From Mobula hypostoma (taxonomy: Eukaryota), in the NCBI RefSeq assembly GCF_963921235.1, contig NC_086108.1, positions 10,850,001-10,914,000 of the forward strand: 64,000 bases of DNA. The letters run 5' to 3'. This document shows, piece after piece, positions 13,286-26,242 of the stretch. A program made the position numbers and the translations under genes. Positions within the stretch are counted from its first letter, which is position 1; every line of letters begins with the position of its first letter. The notes beneath the pieces were generated by a model. It searched no databases and was not told where the DNA came from. It saw nothing but the letters and a program-made list of their open reading frames with translations.

Positions 13286-13631
13286 AGAGTCTTCAGTCCT
13301 GGGCCAGTATTTCAAGTTGTCCCCAGGTGCAGCCCATCTTCTTGGTGTATCCTTCCTCTCCCGAGAATGAGGTGTTTGGAGCTTCTGCTGGTGTTTCTGT
13401 AGCTCAGAGAGATTATGGGATGGGGTTGCTAGCCCCAAGCCCAACCCTCCTCCTTTGGCAGCTGGGCTTGAGACCATCCATTTCAGAGTTGTATGGTGGA
13501 ATGCCATGCGCATCACGCTATTAAGTTCTAATCGGTCTGACTTCACTCACCCTTCTTTGTAGTTTTCTCTCTCCCTATAGCCATCAGCCACTTACCATCA
13601 CAACAGTCTTGAACTCAACCTACTCGGAACT

Positions 13632-13760
13632 CAGGAGATTCTGCAGATGCTAGAATTCCAGAACAACACACACACAAAATGCTGGAAGAACTTAACAGGT
13701 CAGGCAGCATCTATTGAGGGTGAAGAACAGTCGATACTTCAGGCCAAAACCCTTCATCAG
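13632..13760 (-). mobile_element. Short Penelope pLTR insert ending at the hammerhead CUGAUGA box
   Basis: Minus strand starts CTGATGA AGGGTTTTGGCCT GAAG TA TC GACTG, followed by the pLTR body to TCTGCAGAATCTCC. Confidence 0.7.
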
Positions 13761-13844
13761 TCCCTTCATTTCTAGAGTGAAGACTGGTTGGTTGTGCAGA
13801 TATCAGCTGTAACACTTACCCTCTTGTACATCAACAACGACTCA

Positions 13845-14540
13845 AGGTTCAAGGTACATTTATCATCAAAGTATGTATGCTACATACAACTCTGAGATCC
13901 ATCTTCTCCAGACAGTCATGAATCAAAGAAAACCATGGAAACTGTTCAAAGAAAAACATCAACCCCACCCCCCCCACGCACAGAAACAAACAAATCGCGC
14001 AAAAGGCAACAAAAAAGAACGAGCAAAAACATAGAATATAAAAACATAATATTGAAAGAGTCCAAGTAAACGACAGTCCAATCCATAAACCATGGACCCA
14101 CACTTTGGTATCATCTCTGATAGCATCAAGGGAAAGAGAGACAATCTGAATTCAGGGACCTCCCCTCAGGAGGGAGAGAGGGGGAGAGGGGGGGAATGGG
14201 GGAGAGACAGAGAGAGAGAGAGAAAGGCTAGTAGACGATGTTGAACACTCATTCTCCTTCCGTGCTCATCTCGACGTTTCAATCTTCCTCGACGCTTTAG
14301 ATGACAAGATCTGCAAGAAATGGAGTCGATCGCAGGCTTGTGACTCACCCTTAAGTTTCTTGTCCTCAAGGTCACTCACCTTCTCGGAGACAGCAAGGCG
14401 CCAGGTCGCTCAAATGGCCGGAAAACACACCTTCAGCTGTAGATCACAGGCTCCAACAGTATTGGAAACACCTTTAAAAGAAAAAGGAGTGAAAGGAACA
14501 GTTTTGTGGACTAGCTAGACGATGTTGTCTGAGGTAGTAT
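13845..14540 (-). mobile_element. Non-autonomous retroposon with Rex-like tail
   Basis: Tail GATAAATGTACCTTGAACCTTGA on the minus strand; body similar to 21390-22030. Confidence 0.6.
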
Positions 14541-15136
14541 CTCGACTCAATCTCTGAATCACATGGGAACGTGTAAGCAAAGATGCTGGGCTTTCTCTCT
14601 GCCTTATTCTGCTGAGGAAATGAACACATCTCTAATATTCATTTCAAATGAAATTCAATGGAAGCCTCAATAGCATTTCACAACTTACCATAGACTGCAG
14701 ACGGGAGGTCAGAAGTCAACAACTCATTATTTTTGTTTTTTCAAACCATCATCTGATTTCAAAGAACAAGCTTTGAGTGATGGTGTACGGCTCCCTACTC
14801 TCTGGTAATGAGGCCACTTTCATGTGTAAATTGGAGAGGATTAAGCGTAAGAAGTAAAAGTGCTGAAACTAATTATGTAATTTGAAATGAACTCTTGTAG
14901 CCTCTAATTACCGTCTGCATTCACAGAGGATTTGGTGTGACCAGTTCTCAGACTCAAAGGTTAAATGTCAAAATTATTGATAATAATGTTGCTTTGAGAA
15001 GATGCAAATTTGAGTTAAAAGGTGTCTGGTGAATGTGTTATGTCAATGCTTCATTATATTCTCCACTACACTGTAAGACTCCTTCAATAGAGAAACCCCA
15101 GGAAAGGCAAGGGACTCATTCCTGGGATTTGCTGAA

Positions 15137-16000
15137 TTCAATTCAACAGTTCAATAGTTCCATTTATTATCAGAGAATGTATACAATATAGAACCTGAAA
15201 TTCTCCTTCTTTGCAGGCATCCACAAAAACAGAAGAGTGTCCCAGAGAATGAGTGACAGTCAAAACGTTAGAACCCCAAAGCCTCCCTCCCACGCACAAG
15301 AAGCAGCAAAGTATCGACCCTCCCCCTCCTCCATTTACTTCAGCAAAAAGCATCAGCACCCTCCACCCACCAAGCAAGCAACAGCAAAGCCCCAGGGGAG
15401 ACAGGTTCTGCAGTACCGCAAAACCTAATCATTCACCCAACAATCCAACGTGCCATAGGCTCTGTCTCTCTCTCCCCTTAATAAAGAGACTGAGAGATGT
15501 CACTCAGCAAGAGGGGAGACAGACAGAACAACTCACTAATGTATGGTGTTAGAGTCTGCCACATCACTTTTACCAGTTCTTTGACTTGAGAGTTGGCAAC
15601 AGATTCTGCCCCCACTGATGAGAGAGAGAGAAGTGACCCGAGTACAGATCCCCTGACAGCTGATCCACTGTTCCCGATGTTCTGTTTCTTACCACAACAC
15701 ATTAGTTGGTGGCACAGGCACAGAATCGGCTCATCCCTAGGGCCTTAAACGCTCAGAACCCCAAAGGCATGTTTGTCTCTCGGCCACACCCTTGGGATAT
15801 CAAGAAACGGCTGGTCGGTGATTCCCTGGGAGTGGGAACCATTGCTGTAAAGAATGAAAGCTTGAGTGCAGCTCTATGTCAGGGTCTTCGACAGAGCCTC
15901 ATCCATCTTGAAAAGTAAACATGAGACATGAAAGGTAGAAATAAGTTGTTTCCCCTCAGATGGGTTTTTAAGAAGTTGCTGTCTAGCGCCATCTTAGCTC
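15137..16000 (-). mobile_element. Non-autonomous retroposon with a 5' AAGATGGCG motif
   Basis: 3' part shared with 830-1610; CGCCATCTT at 15987-15995 near the apparent 5' end. Confidence 0.6.
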
Positions 16001-16226
16001 TGCCTACAATTCAAGTGTGTCATTCAACCATACATGAATACCCATAAATACAGCCAAACAAAACAGCGATACTCCAAGGTCAAGGTACAAAACACAGTAT
16101 CAGTAGTCACACACAAGAACACATTCACAGAATAAAAGAGTCCAGACTGCCCCACCCCCACCCATCACAACTCCGTGGCTTGAGGTCCTGACATATGCAA
16201 GTCAATAAACCCATATAGGATATCAG

Positions 16227-18510
16227 TAAAACTACCTGCCCCTCCACCTATATTCATATCATCTGCAAACTTTGCAACAAAGCCATCAATCCCATCATCC
16301 CAATCATAGACATACAACATAAAAAGAATAAATCCCAACACAAACTCCTGTGGAACACCACTAGTCACCGGCAGCCAACTAGAAAAGGCTCCCTTTATTC
16401 CCACTCTTTGCCTCCTGCCAATCAACCACTGTTTAGCCACGCTAGAATCTTTCCTGTAATACCACGAGAGCTTGCTAAGCAGCCTCAAGTGTGGTACCTT
16501 CTCAAAGGCCTTCTGAAAATCCAAGTACCCAACATCAACCGATTCTCCTATGTCTATCCTCCTTGTTGTTTCTTCAAAAAATCCCAATAGATTTTTCAGG
16601 CAAGATTTTCCCTTGAGGAAACCATGTTGACTATAGCCTGTTTTATCGAGTGCTTCCAAGTAACCTGAGCCCTCAGCTCTGACAATTGTCTCCAATATCT
16701 TTCCAACCACTGAGATCAGATTAACTGGCCTATAGTTTCCTTTCTTCTGTCTCTCTCCCTTCTTGAAGAGCAGAGTGACATTTTCAATTTTCCAGTCTTC
16801 TGGAATCATTCCAGAATCTAGTGATGCATGAAAGATAACTACTAATGCCCCTATAATCTCTTCAGCCACCTCTCTCAAAACCCTGGGGCGCACAATATCT
16901 GGTCCAGGTGATTTATTATCGCCCTTCAGACTTTTCAGTTTCCCAAGAACCTTCTCTCCAGGAATAGTAACTTCACACACTTCATGACTCCTGAAACCTG
17001 GAACTTTTACCATATTGCTAGTGTCTTCCACAGTGACAATTGATGCAAGATAATCATTCAGCTCATCCGCCATTCCCTTGTCCCACACTACTAGCTCACC
17101 AGCATCTTTTTCCAGCAGACCAATATCCACTCTTACCTCTCTTTCACACTTTATATACCTGAAGGAACTTTTCATATCCTCTTTAATATTATTGACTAGC
17201 TTACTTTAGTATTCCATCTTTACCTTCATAATGACTTTTTAATTGCTTTCTGCTGGTTTTTAAAAGCTTCCCAGTTCTCTAACTTCCCACTGATTTTTGC
17301 TCTATTATATGCCCTCTCTTAGGCTTTTATGCTGGCTTTGACTTCTCTTGTTAGCCATAGTTGTGTCATCTTTCCCCTTTAGAATGTGCCTTCTGAATTG
17401 CTCCCAGATATTCCAGCCATTGCTGCCCTGCCATCATCCCTACCAGTGTTCTCTTCCAATCAATTCTGACCAACTTCTCTCTCATGCCTCTGAATTCCCT
17501 TTACTCCACTGTAATACCGATACATTTGACTTTAGCTTCTTCTTCTCAAATTTCATGGTGAATTCATTCCCTAAGGGTTCTTTTACCTTAAAGATTCAAA
17601 TCAATTCTGTTCCATTGCACAACACCCAATCCAGAATAGCTGATACCCTAGTGGGCTCAACCATGAGCTGCTCTGAAAAGCCCTCTTACAGGCAACCTAG
17701 AAATTTCCCCTCCTGTAATCCAACACCAACATGATCTTCCCAATCTGCCTGTATATTGAAATCCCCTATAACTGTTGTGACATTACCCTTTTGGCAGGCA
17801 TTTTCTATCTCCTGTTGTAATTTATAAGTCACATCTTTACTGCTGTTTGGGGGTCTGTATACAAATCCAATTAGGACATATTTACCCTTGCAGTATCTTA
17901 GCTCAATCCACAATGATTCAACACCTTCTGACTCTATGTCACCTCTTTCCAATAATTTAATTTCATTTTTTACCTTTAGAGCCACACCACCCCTTTTGCC
18001 TTCCGGCCTGACCTTATGATACAATGTGTATCCTTGGACATTAAGCTCCCAGCTATAATCTTCCTTCAATCATGAGTCAGTGATACCTACAATGTCATCA
18101 CTGCCAATCTGTAACTGTGCTACAAGTTCATCTACTTTATTCTGTATATTGCGCACATTCAAATATAACACCTCCGGTCCTGTATTCACCCTTTTTGATT
18201 TTGTCCATCTTTTACGTTGCAACGCATCCGGTTGACTGCAATTTTGCCCTATCAGCAGCCTCTCCTGACTACACATTACCTCTGTTTATAATCTAGCTAC
18301 CTCACCCTTGGCCCTGTCGTCTGCTTTTCCTACGATACTTCTTGCATTGAAATATATGCAGCTCAGGACACTAGTCGCACAATGCTCAACCTTTTGATTC
18401 CTAATTTTGTCTGAGTTCTTACCAACATCTGCCTCCACAACCTCTCCACTAACTGTTCTGGTACTCCGGTTCCCGTAACTCTAGTTTAGACCCCACCATG
18501 CAGCATTAAC
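16227..18510 (-). mobile_element. Decayed CR1 LINE (ORF1 end, APE endonuclease, RT to FADD)
   Basis: LYLNVRNIQNKVDEL, VYRPPNS, IGDFN (APE); KSPGPD, QHGFLKGKSC, LDFQKAF, SGVPQ, KFADD (RT); stops and frameshifts present. Confidence 0.93.
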
Positions 18511-18914
18511 AATACTGCAGATTCGAAGCCCAGTCCTCGCATTTACAGAAACCTATTGAATGTTGGAAGTCCTCGATAGACCAGATGTAGAGAGGATGTT
18601 TCCTATGGTGGAGAAGTCAGATACCAAAGAGCATAGCCTCAGAACAGAGGGACATACGTTTAGAATGGAGTGAGGTTGAATGGCCTAAGGTGGCTGATGG
18701 TTTTACGGTCCAAATGATCATTAATCTTGTCCTAGAGAACTTTTTCCAGGACTTGATCAGACCCTGCTCAATTATCACCAGCATATAACCTGTAGCACCA
18801 GAGTTCCCAACACACCAGACCACTGCTATGCTACAATAAGGAATGTAAGGTCAATAAGGTCGCAACTGCATTCTGGTAAATCAGACCACTTGGCTGTCCT
18901 CCTACTACCTGCGT

Positions 18915-19425
18915 ACAAACTGGTAGTGAATTTAGCCCAGTACATCACGGGTAAAGCCCTCCCAGCCATTGACTACATCTACATGAAACATTGATATAGG
19001 AAAGCAGCATCCATCATCAGGGATCCCCACCACCCAGGTCATGCTCTCTTCTCACTGCTGCCATCAGGTAGAAGGTGCGGGAGCTTCAGGACTCACACCA
19101 CCAGGTTCAAGAACGCCACAACCACTAGGTTCTTGAGCAAAAGAGGATAACTACAATCACTTGCACATCACTGAGATGTTCCCACAACCAATGATCTCTC
19201 TTTAAGGGCTCTTTATCTCATTATCTCATGTTCTCATTGTTTTTTGTTATTTATTTATATTTCCATTTACACAGTTTGTTGTCTTCTGCACTCTGTTGAT
19301 CTTTCATTGATCCTGTTGTAGTTACTATTCCATAGATTTGCTGAGTATGACCACAGACAATGAATCTCAGGGGTGTATGTGGTGACATGTCTGTACTCTG
19401 ATAATAAAATGTACTTTCAACTTTG
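18915..19425 (+). mobile_element. Rex1/Babar-derived 3' fragment
   Basis: GCAGCATCCATCATCAGGGATCCCCACCACCCAGGTCATGCTCTCTTC... and the conserved tail. Confidence 0.75.
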
Positions 19426-20194
19426 GACTTCCCTACCACTAGTGTTAGGCTCATGGGCCTGTGTTTGTGAGACCTTTTCCTGATGTCCTTCTCAAAAGGG
19501 GGGAGCACATTTGCCATCTTCAGTGGTCTTGTGCATCAAAGGTTTAAAATCTCTGCAGAATCACAGTAATCTCTTGTCTTGCCTCCCTCTCGTAACAACC
19601 ACGGATAAATCCTACCTGCCCTGGCAATTTATCTGCTGTTAGATCACTGAAGCATCCTCTTTTGTTGAGGAGAATGGCAGTAGAATTTTACTCTTGAATC
19701 CTCCCATGATAAAGTCTATTTCCTTCGTAAAACCTGGGAACTGTCTGAGAAAAGGAGGTGACTGTCGTTTGACATGCTCTCATTGACAGTTCCCATTAGG
19801 AACATATCCACGTGAAAGAATATGAGCTATTATTCAGCCTAACCTTCCTGGCCCCATTCTTCTTATGCCTCTGAACACCACCACTGAGGCCAGTGATCTG
19901 AACATTTCCACTCTGGTGTCTGTGGAAACGTTGCTGGACATTAACAGACACAGATCTTCCAATGTGGTGAACTTCTGCTTACATTTTTTGGGATCTTCTG
20001 GCATCATGGAAGGTGTTACAGCAATGCAAGTGCTTTTGTTATTCTATCTCTCAGTCCTTCCTGTGGGTGGTGGGGTGGAGATACGTCTCCACCAAAGGAG
20101 GTGTGAGGTGCTCCTTCTTTCTGCTAGCCTGCAGGTCACTCTTGGGCAAGGTGTAGCACCTACTTAGCAGCCCCACCCCAATCAGGGTCATGTG

Positions 20195-20860
20195 AGCAAC
20201 TTCAAGTTCCTAAGTCTCAACATCTCTGAGGATTTAACCTGGACCAAATATATCGATGCAGCTACAAAGAAGACACAACAGTGGCTATATTTCATTAGGA
20301 GTTTGAGGAGATTTGGTATGTCACCAAACAGACTCGCAAATTTGTACACATGTACATGGAGAGCATTTTAACTGGCTGCATCATGGTATGTGGAAAATGG
20401 GAGAGGGGGCTACTGCACAGGATCAAAGTGAACTACGAAGAGTTGTAAACTTCAGCTCCATCATGGGTACTCGGCTTCCTAGCATCCAGGACATTGTCAA
20501 AAAACTTTGCCTCAAAAAGGCAGCAACCATCATTGAGGACCCCCATCACCCTGGTCATGCTCACTTCTCACTGCTACCTTCAGGAAGGAGGTACAGAAAC
20601 CTGAAACCACACACTCTTCCCCTCTGCCATCTGATTTCTGAATGGACAAGTGGACATTGAATCCATGAACACTACCTCACTATTTTTTATTTCTATATGT
20701 GTCCTACTTATTTAATTTAACTATTATATATAAATGTGTGTGTGTGTGTGGGGTGGGGATGGATGTATATATATTATTTACTGTAGCATTGTACTGCTGC
20801 TGTTAAGTTAACAAATTTTATGGCATGTGCCAGTGATATTAAACCTGATTCTAATCTCAG
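20195..20860 (+). mobile_element. Rex1/Babar LINE 3' fragment
   Basis: FKFLSLNISEDLTW...KKTQQWLYFIRSLRRFG and IIEDPHHPGHAHFSLLPSGRRYR. Confidence 0.8.
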
Positions 20861-21387
20861 ATAAAATATTATCCCGGAAGTGGAAACAAGATTCATTCTA
20901 AAGAGATTAAGTGCAAGTAAAATGTCATCAGTATTCTGATGCAGAGCTGTAGCCTAGCTTTCCAATGCTCTATGGATTCTGGTTCTCCCACTGCCTAGTG
21001 ACAGCGGTGCCTGTTTCATTAATATTCCACCGGTGTTTGCCCGTGCTGCAAAAGGCAGAGATCTCTCTGTGGGCAGTCTGTGGATGGGCCCTAATGATCG
21101 TCCAGCGCCTTAAACAGAAACTCTTTCTCTTTTCACTGTTGCTGCCTGACCTGCTGTTTCCAATAGTTTCTGTTCTGATGACAGGTGAGGGACTTGTTTA
21201 ACGGCACCTATGCCCCGTTCCCCAGTCGAGGCTCATCCTTCGCCCTGGGACTGAACACTTTGTTCTCCAAAGGCAAAGCCTGTTTGACAGAGGGCTGTTT
21301 TGTAAAACTTTGAACTCCCTTCATAACAAGTAGCTGACTGATTATCCAGATCACTTAAATGGTGAAAGACTGGAGCATGCTGTTGTT

Positions 21388-22030
21388 CAAAGATTCAAAG
21401 TACATTTATTATCAAAGTATTTATTCAATATATACCACTGAGATTCATCTTCCCCATGGATAACCACAAAACAAAGAATAACCATAGAATCTGTTCAAAG
21501 ATAACAAATCACCCCTCACCTCACCCACTGGCAAAAACAAAACAAGTTGTGCAAATGGCCACAATTCCACATTCCACAAACTGCGCCGATTGCTCCGACA
21601 CCATCCTCCGGCAGCATGGTGGGGGTGGGGTGGGGGGGTGGGAGAGAGAGACTGTTTGAATGCAAGGGCCTTCCTTTGGGAGCAGCTAGCGAGAGGAAGA
21701 GAGAAACTGTCACATGTAGACAACCCCCAGCAGCAGCGAGTGAGCGAGAGGCTGGTAGATGGCACTGAACATTCGCCTGCCTTGATGATTTTGATCTCCT
21801 TTGGCACAATAATTGGTGAGACTTTTCTCTCAACCTCACGGAAGCCTCTTGGAGACAGCAAAGCATCAGATCATCTGATCAGGCTGAAGGCACACCATCA
21901 GAGTGTAGATAACAGGCTCCGACAGTAGCAGGACCACATCTGAAATAGACATTAAAGAAGTTAAAGGAGTTGCTTCATGACATGACCATTCTTTGAAGAC
22001 GTTGCCTTTGGTAGCTGGTGCCATCTTGTA
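21388..22030 (-). mobile_element. Non-autonomous retroposon with Rex-like tail
   Basis: Tail ATAATAAATGTACTTTGAATCTTTGA on the minus strand; AAGATGGCA at the 5' end (22019-22027). Confidence 0.6.
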
Positions 22031-22279
22031 GGGCAGAGGGACTTGGGAGTGCTTGTGCACAAATTGCAAATGGTTGGTTTGCAGGTGCAAAGGTTATCAG
22101 AAAGGCAAATGGAACATTGGTTTTCATTGCTCGAGGGATTGAACTTAAGAGCAGGGAGGTTATGCAGATCAGTTGTAGACGTAGGCAGAGAAATGGCAGA
22201 TGGAGGTTAACCCAGCCAAATGTAAAATGTTGCACCTTGGTACCATTACATTTTGTAACTCCAAAACATAAAACTGCAA

Positions 22280-22700
22280 GAAGCAAATTGGTGAGCTTTT
22301 GATTCAGTGTTAGTATAGTGTGTTCTGCTGTCATTGTTCCTTAGTCGCTGGACAAACCTTTGCATCATGCTATTTGTAGCTGGGTGGTATGCTGCAGATA
22401 TAATATGTTTTATTCAATTCATTTTTAGGAATGATTGAAACTGTTTCCCAACAAATTGTGGTCCACTGTCGCTGACCAAGTGTTCTGGTACATCAGTCCT
22501 CGAGAAGAGGCTTCTCAACACAACAACAGTGTGCGAGGCTGTAGTGAAGATTATTGGAATCACTTCTGGCCACTTTGTAACGGCATCCACTACTACCAGG
22601 GAGAATGGTCTGGCAAAATCCACATGAATCACTGCCAGGGAGATGCAGGACATTCACAGGAATGGAGAGGTGCTGCTCTTGGCAGCTTCTGTACGTGGCC
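22280..22700 (-). pseudogene. Gypsy/Ty3 integrase core remnant
   Basis: IHVDFARPF..VVVDAVTKWPEV...LFSR..VPEHLVSDSGPQF...FQSFLKMN, then YHPATN in the flanking frame. Confidence 0.85.
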
Positions 22701-23180
22701 CAGTCCATCATCTGTCCCAACTACTGAGCACATTTACACAAAATGCTGTTGTAGGAAAGCAGCATCCATCATTAGAGATCCTCATCACCCAGGCCATGCT
22801 CTTCACTCACTGCTGTTTTCAGGTAGAAGGTACTAGTGCCTCAGGACTCTCACCACCAGGTTCAAGAACATATATTACCCCTCAGACATCAGGGTCTTGA
22901 ACATAAAGGGGATAACTACACTCACTCGCCTATCCCCATTGAGATGTTCCCACAACCAAGGACTCTTTATCTCATTATCTTATGTTCTCATTATTTTTTT
23001 GCCAGTTATTTATACTTGCATTTACACTGTTTGTTGTCTTCTGCACTCGGGTTGATCTTTCATTGATCCTGTTATAGTTACTGTTCCATAGATTTGCTGA
23101 GTATGCCTGCAGGAAAATGAATCTCGGGATTGGTTGTAAGTTTATGTACTTTGATAATAAACTTTACTTTGAACTTTAAA
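22695..23180 (+). mobile_element. Rex1/Babar-derived 3' fragment
   Basis: KAASIIRDPHHPGHALHSLLFSGRRY plus tail. Confidence 0.75.
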
Positions 23181-23184
23181 CTTT

Positions 23185-23525
23185 GCAAGTTGTTTCCTTT
23201 GCTAAGTGAGACTAGAACTAGAATACATAGCCTCAGGTTTCTGAGGAATAGACTTAGGATGCAGGTGAGGAGAAACTGCTTTTCCCAGAGAGTAGTGAAT
23301 CTGTGGAATTCTCTGTTCAGAGAATCAGTGGAGGCTACCTCATAAAACAGATTTAAGACACAGTTGGATAGATTGTGTACGGGAGGGGAATTAAGGGTGA
23401 AGGGGAAGAGGCAGGAAGGTGGGGTTGAATCCACAGCATTATCAGATATGATTTTATTGATTGGCAGAGCAGGCACAACCATACGGGCCAGATGGCTGAC
23501 TCCTGCTCCTAGTTCTTATGTTCTG
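23185..23525 (+). mobile_element. CR1 3' end
   Basis: KLFPL...RRNCFSQRVVNLWNSL. Confidence 0.8.
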
Positions 23526-24916
23526 ATATCACAAATTAACTGTTGGTATGTCTGCCAATGGTGATACTCACAACAACTCCAGCCAGCTGGCGTGCTGCAG
23601 AGTGGAGTGCATGCAGTGAAGTTGTGCCTGCACTGTGCCCTGGCTGTATGGAAGCAGGAGACAGATGAGTTCTGTGGACCCAGCAGGCGACTGAGCCTCA
23701 GACATGGGCTGTGCTGGCTGAACTACCTGCCCTTCACAGATGCTGAGACTCCCGGTCTGGCAGTCTCACACCAAACTGCAAAGGCATGCTGTTCTCTCTC
23801 TGGCTGCGGTTCACTGCAGCAAGAAAGGGCACTCCTGAGGGCACCTTTCCAACCGTCCACCTCTCCCACTAGCATATATGTAGGAGGGCCAACCCTCACA
23901 GTCTAATGTCCAAGTTACACAGCACCCATCGAGGTTAATTGCTGCTGTTACTGGGCATCCTTTTCGACGCTCCCTTTCCTGAACCGCGCCATGGGCACAT
24001 CTTCACCACACAATCTGCAACCGTTCAAGAAGACAGCTCGCCCCACCGTCTCCAGGGATTGGAGAAAAGTGCCAGAGTGGGAGGAGCTAAAGAAGGCGGC
24101 AGAGGTTTTGAAGGCCCGGGCAACTTCTTCTAGTTTGTCCGCAAACTAGTTTATTCTCCTCTTCTGGTGTCTCTTGTTTCCTTTTCAAAGTGGCTGGGAT
24201 CTGTCAGAGTTCATGATCTACATCTGCAGCTCAAACTATGGTTCTTCACAGGTGGTGGCGGTGGGTTCTTGCTCTCAGCCCTGCGGAGGCGTTTGCCATT
24301 TTGATAGCTCTAGGCACAGACTGGAAAATGTGCACCTTCTGGGTACAGCCATGTGGACGACCCAGTTCCTGGCCAATGTCACTGACTGAAGTATCATGGG
24401 AAATTGAAATGTCGAGACAGGAGACAGTGTATGCTGCTGTTGGAAGAAGGCCCCTGCATTTGAGTAACCTCTCTCTCTATCTGTCTCGATAGTAAGTGTC
24501 AGTCTGTTGATCCTCAAGCTGGGGAAACTCGAACAAGCGACTTGGCAGACTGTAACATCAAAACAGCGAGCTGTTGGCCTTACCTCTTGCTGTTACAGGA
24601 GCAATATCTCCCTGTCCCTTGTTAGTGAGAGTTAGAGCCTGTCTGAGAGGTCGGAGTGTTGAAATGGACCCCAGATCGTGGTCTCTGGGGGCTTTGCTAT
24701 TGCTTGCATGGTGGGTGGTGTGGAAGAGAATGCATTTCTGCAGTAAATGGGGGGAGGGTTGATGATTTTTGCTGCTACTTATGCATCGGTGAGACTGGGG
24801 GGCTTTGGGGTTCTAACGTTTTATATCATTCATTCTTTGTTTTTCCTGTTTTGTGGATGTCTGTAAAGAGTAAGAATTTCATGTTGTACATTCTCTGATA
24901 CATTCTCTGGTAGTAA

Positions 24917-25396
24917 ATTGAACCATTGAACCATTGAACCTTTGAACCATTGAACTATTAAATCATTGAAACACTGAGCTGTTGAAGCATTGAACAATTG
25001 AATCATTGTTCTACTGAACCATTGAAATGTTGTATTGTTGAACCATTGAACCATTGAACCATTGAACCATTGAACCATTAAACCATTGAACCATTGAACC
25101 ATTGAACCATTGAACCATTGAACCATTGAACCGTTGCACCGTTGAACTGTTGAACCATTGAACTGTTGAACCATTGAACCATTGAACCATTGAACCATTG
25201 AACCGTTGCACCGTTGAACTGTTGAACCATTGAACTGTTGAACCATTGAACTGTTGAACCATTGAACCATTGAACCATTGAACCGTTGAACTGTTGAACC
25301 ATTGAACCATTGAACTGTTGAACCATTGAACTGTTGAACCATTGAACCATTGAACCATTGAACCATTGAACCATTGAACCGTTGAACTGTTGAACC
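24917..25396. repeat. (TTGAACCA)n microsatellite, left block
   Basis: 8-bp unit with TTGAACTG/TTGAACCG variants, starting directly at the tail of the retroposon at ~24490-24920. Confidence 0.95.
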
Positions 25397-26150
25397 TGTT
25401 GCAATCGATGGCTGGAGTGGACCCAGGTGCAGGACACAGGCACGGAGACTTGACATGGTGACGGACTTGGACTTGACTGGGACTCGTAGCCAGGACTTGG
25501 ACTTGTTTGGGACTCGGAGACAGGACTTGGACTTGACTGGAACACAGAACCTGGACTTGGATTTGAGTTGGACACTGAGCCTGTACTTGGACCTGGTCAC
25601 CGAGCGACAAAACCAAACAATGACAGACAATTTGTATTGCGGCTCGGAGCAGCGGCAAACGGCCAGCAATAATCAGCCGGACACAGGACGGCAAAAATGA
25701 ACAATGACAGACAATTCATATCGTGGCTCAGAGCAGCAGCAAACGGCCAGCAATTCTCAGCCAGATACAAGACGACAAAACCAAACAACAACAGACAATA
25801 TGTATCGCGGCTTGAAGTAGCGACAAATGGCCTGAAATGCTCAGCCAGACACGAGACAACAAAATCCAACAATGACAGTCCATTCATTTCTCGACTCCAG
25901 GTAGCACCTGAAGCAGCAAATGGCCAGCAAACTCAGCTGGACGGCAGGCTCTCGACTCGACCCAGGAACTGCGACCCGGAACAAGCATAGCCGCACTGCT
26001 GAGGTGACGAACCAGCAGCGAGTAGATGTAAGCTGGAGTTTTTATGCTGCCGGCTCGAATGAGGATCAGGTGCCCTAACCAAGGAGCCCAGTGGAACACA
26101 GGGAGAAGGAGATTAACTGAAATGAGGAGTCAACGGACTGGACCGTGATA
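25397..26150. mobile_element. Solo LTR with 5-bp TSD GAACC
   Basis: TGTT...GTGATA termini (terminal CA apparently mutated); GAACC at 25392-25396 and 26151-26155; termini resemble the LTR at 54226-57584; internal ~30-bp and ~80-bp tandem repeats. Confidence 0.75.
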
Positions 26151-26242
26151 GAACCATTGAACCATTGAACCATTGCATCATTGTACCATTGAACCATTGA
26201 ACTATTGTACTGTTGAACTATTGAACTATTGAATGTTTGAAC
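26151..26242. repeat. (TTGAACCA)n microsatellite, right block
   Basis: Same unit continues after the LTR, more degenerate. Confidence 0.9.

Noticed and set aside
24830..25694. Long repetitive ORFs (MVQWFNGS)n resembling a structural or antifreeze protein
   Set aside because: Open in all three minus frames because the octamer lacks stops; they run across an LTR junction
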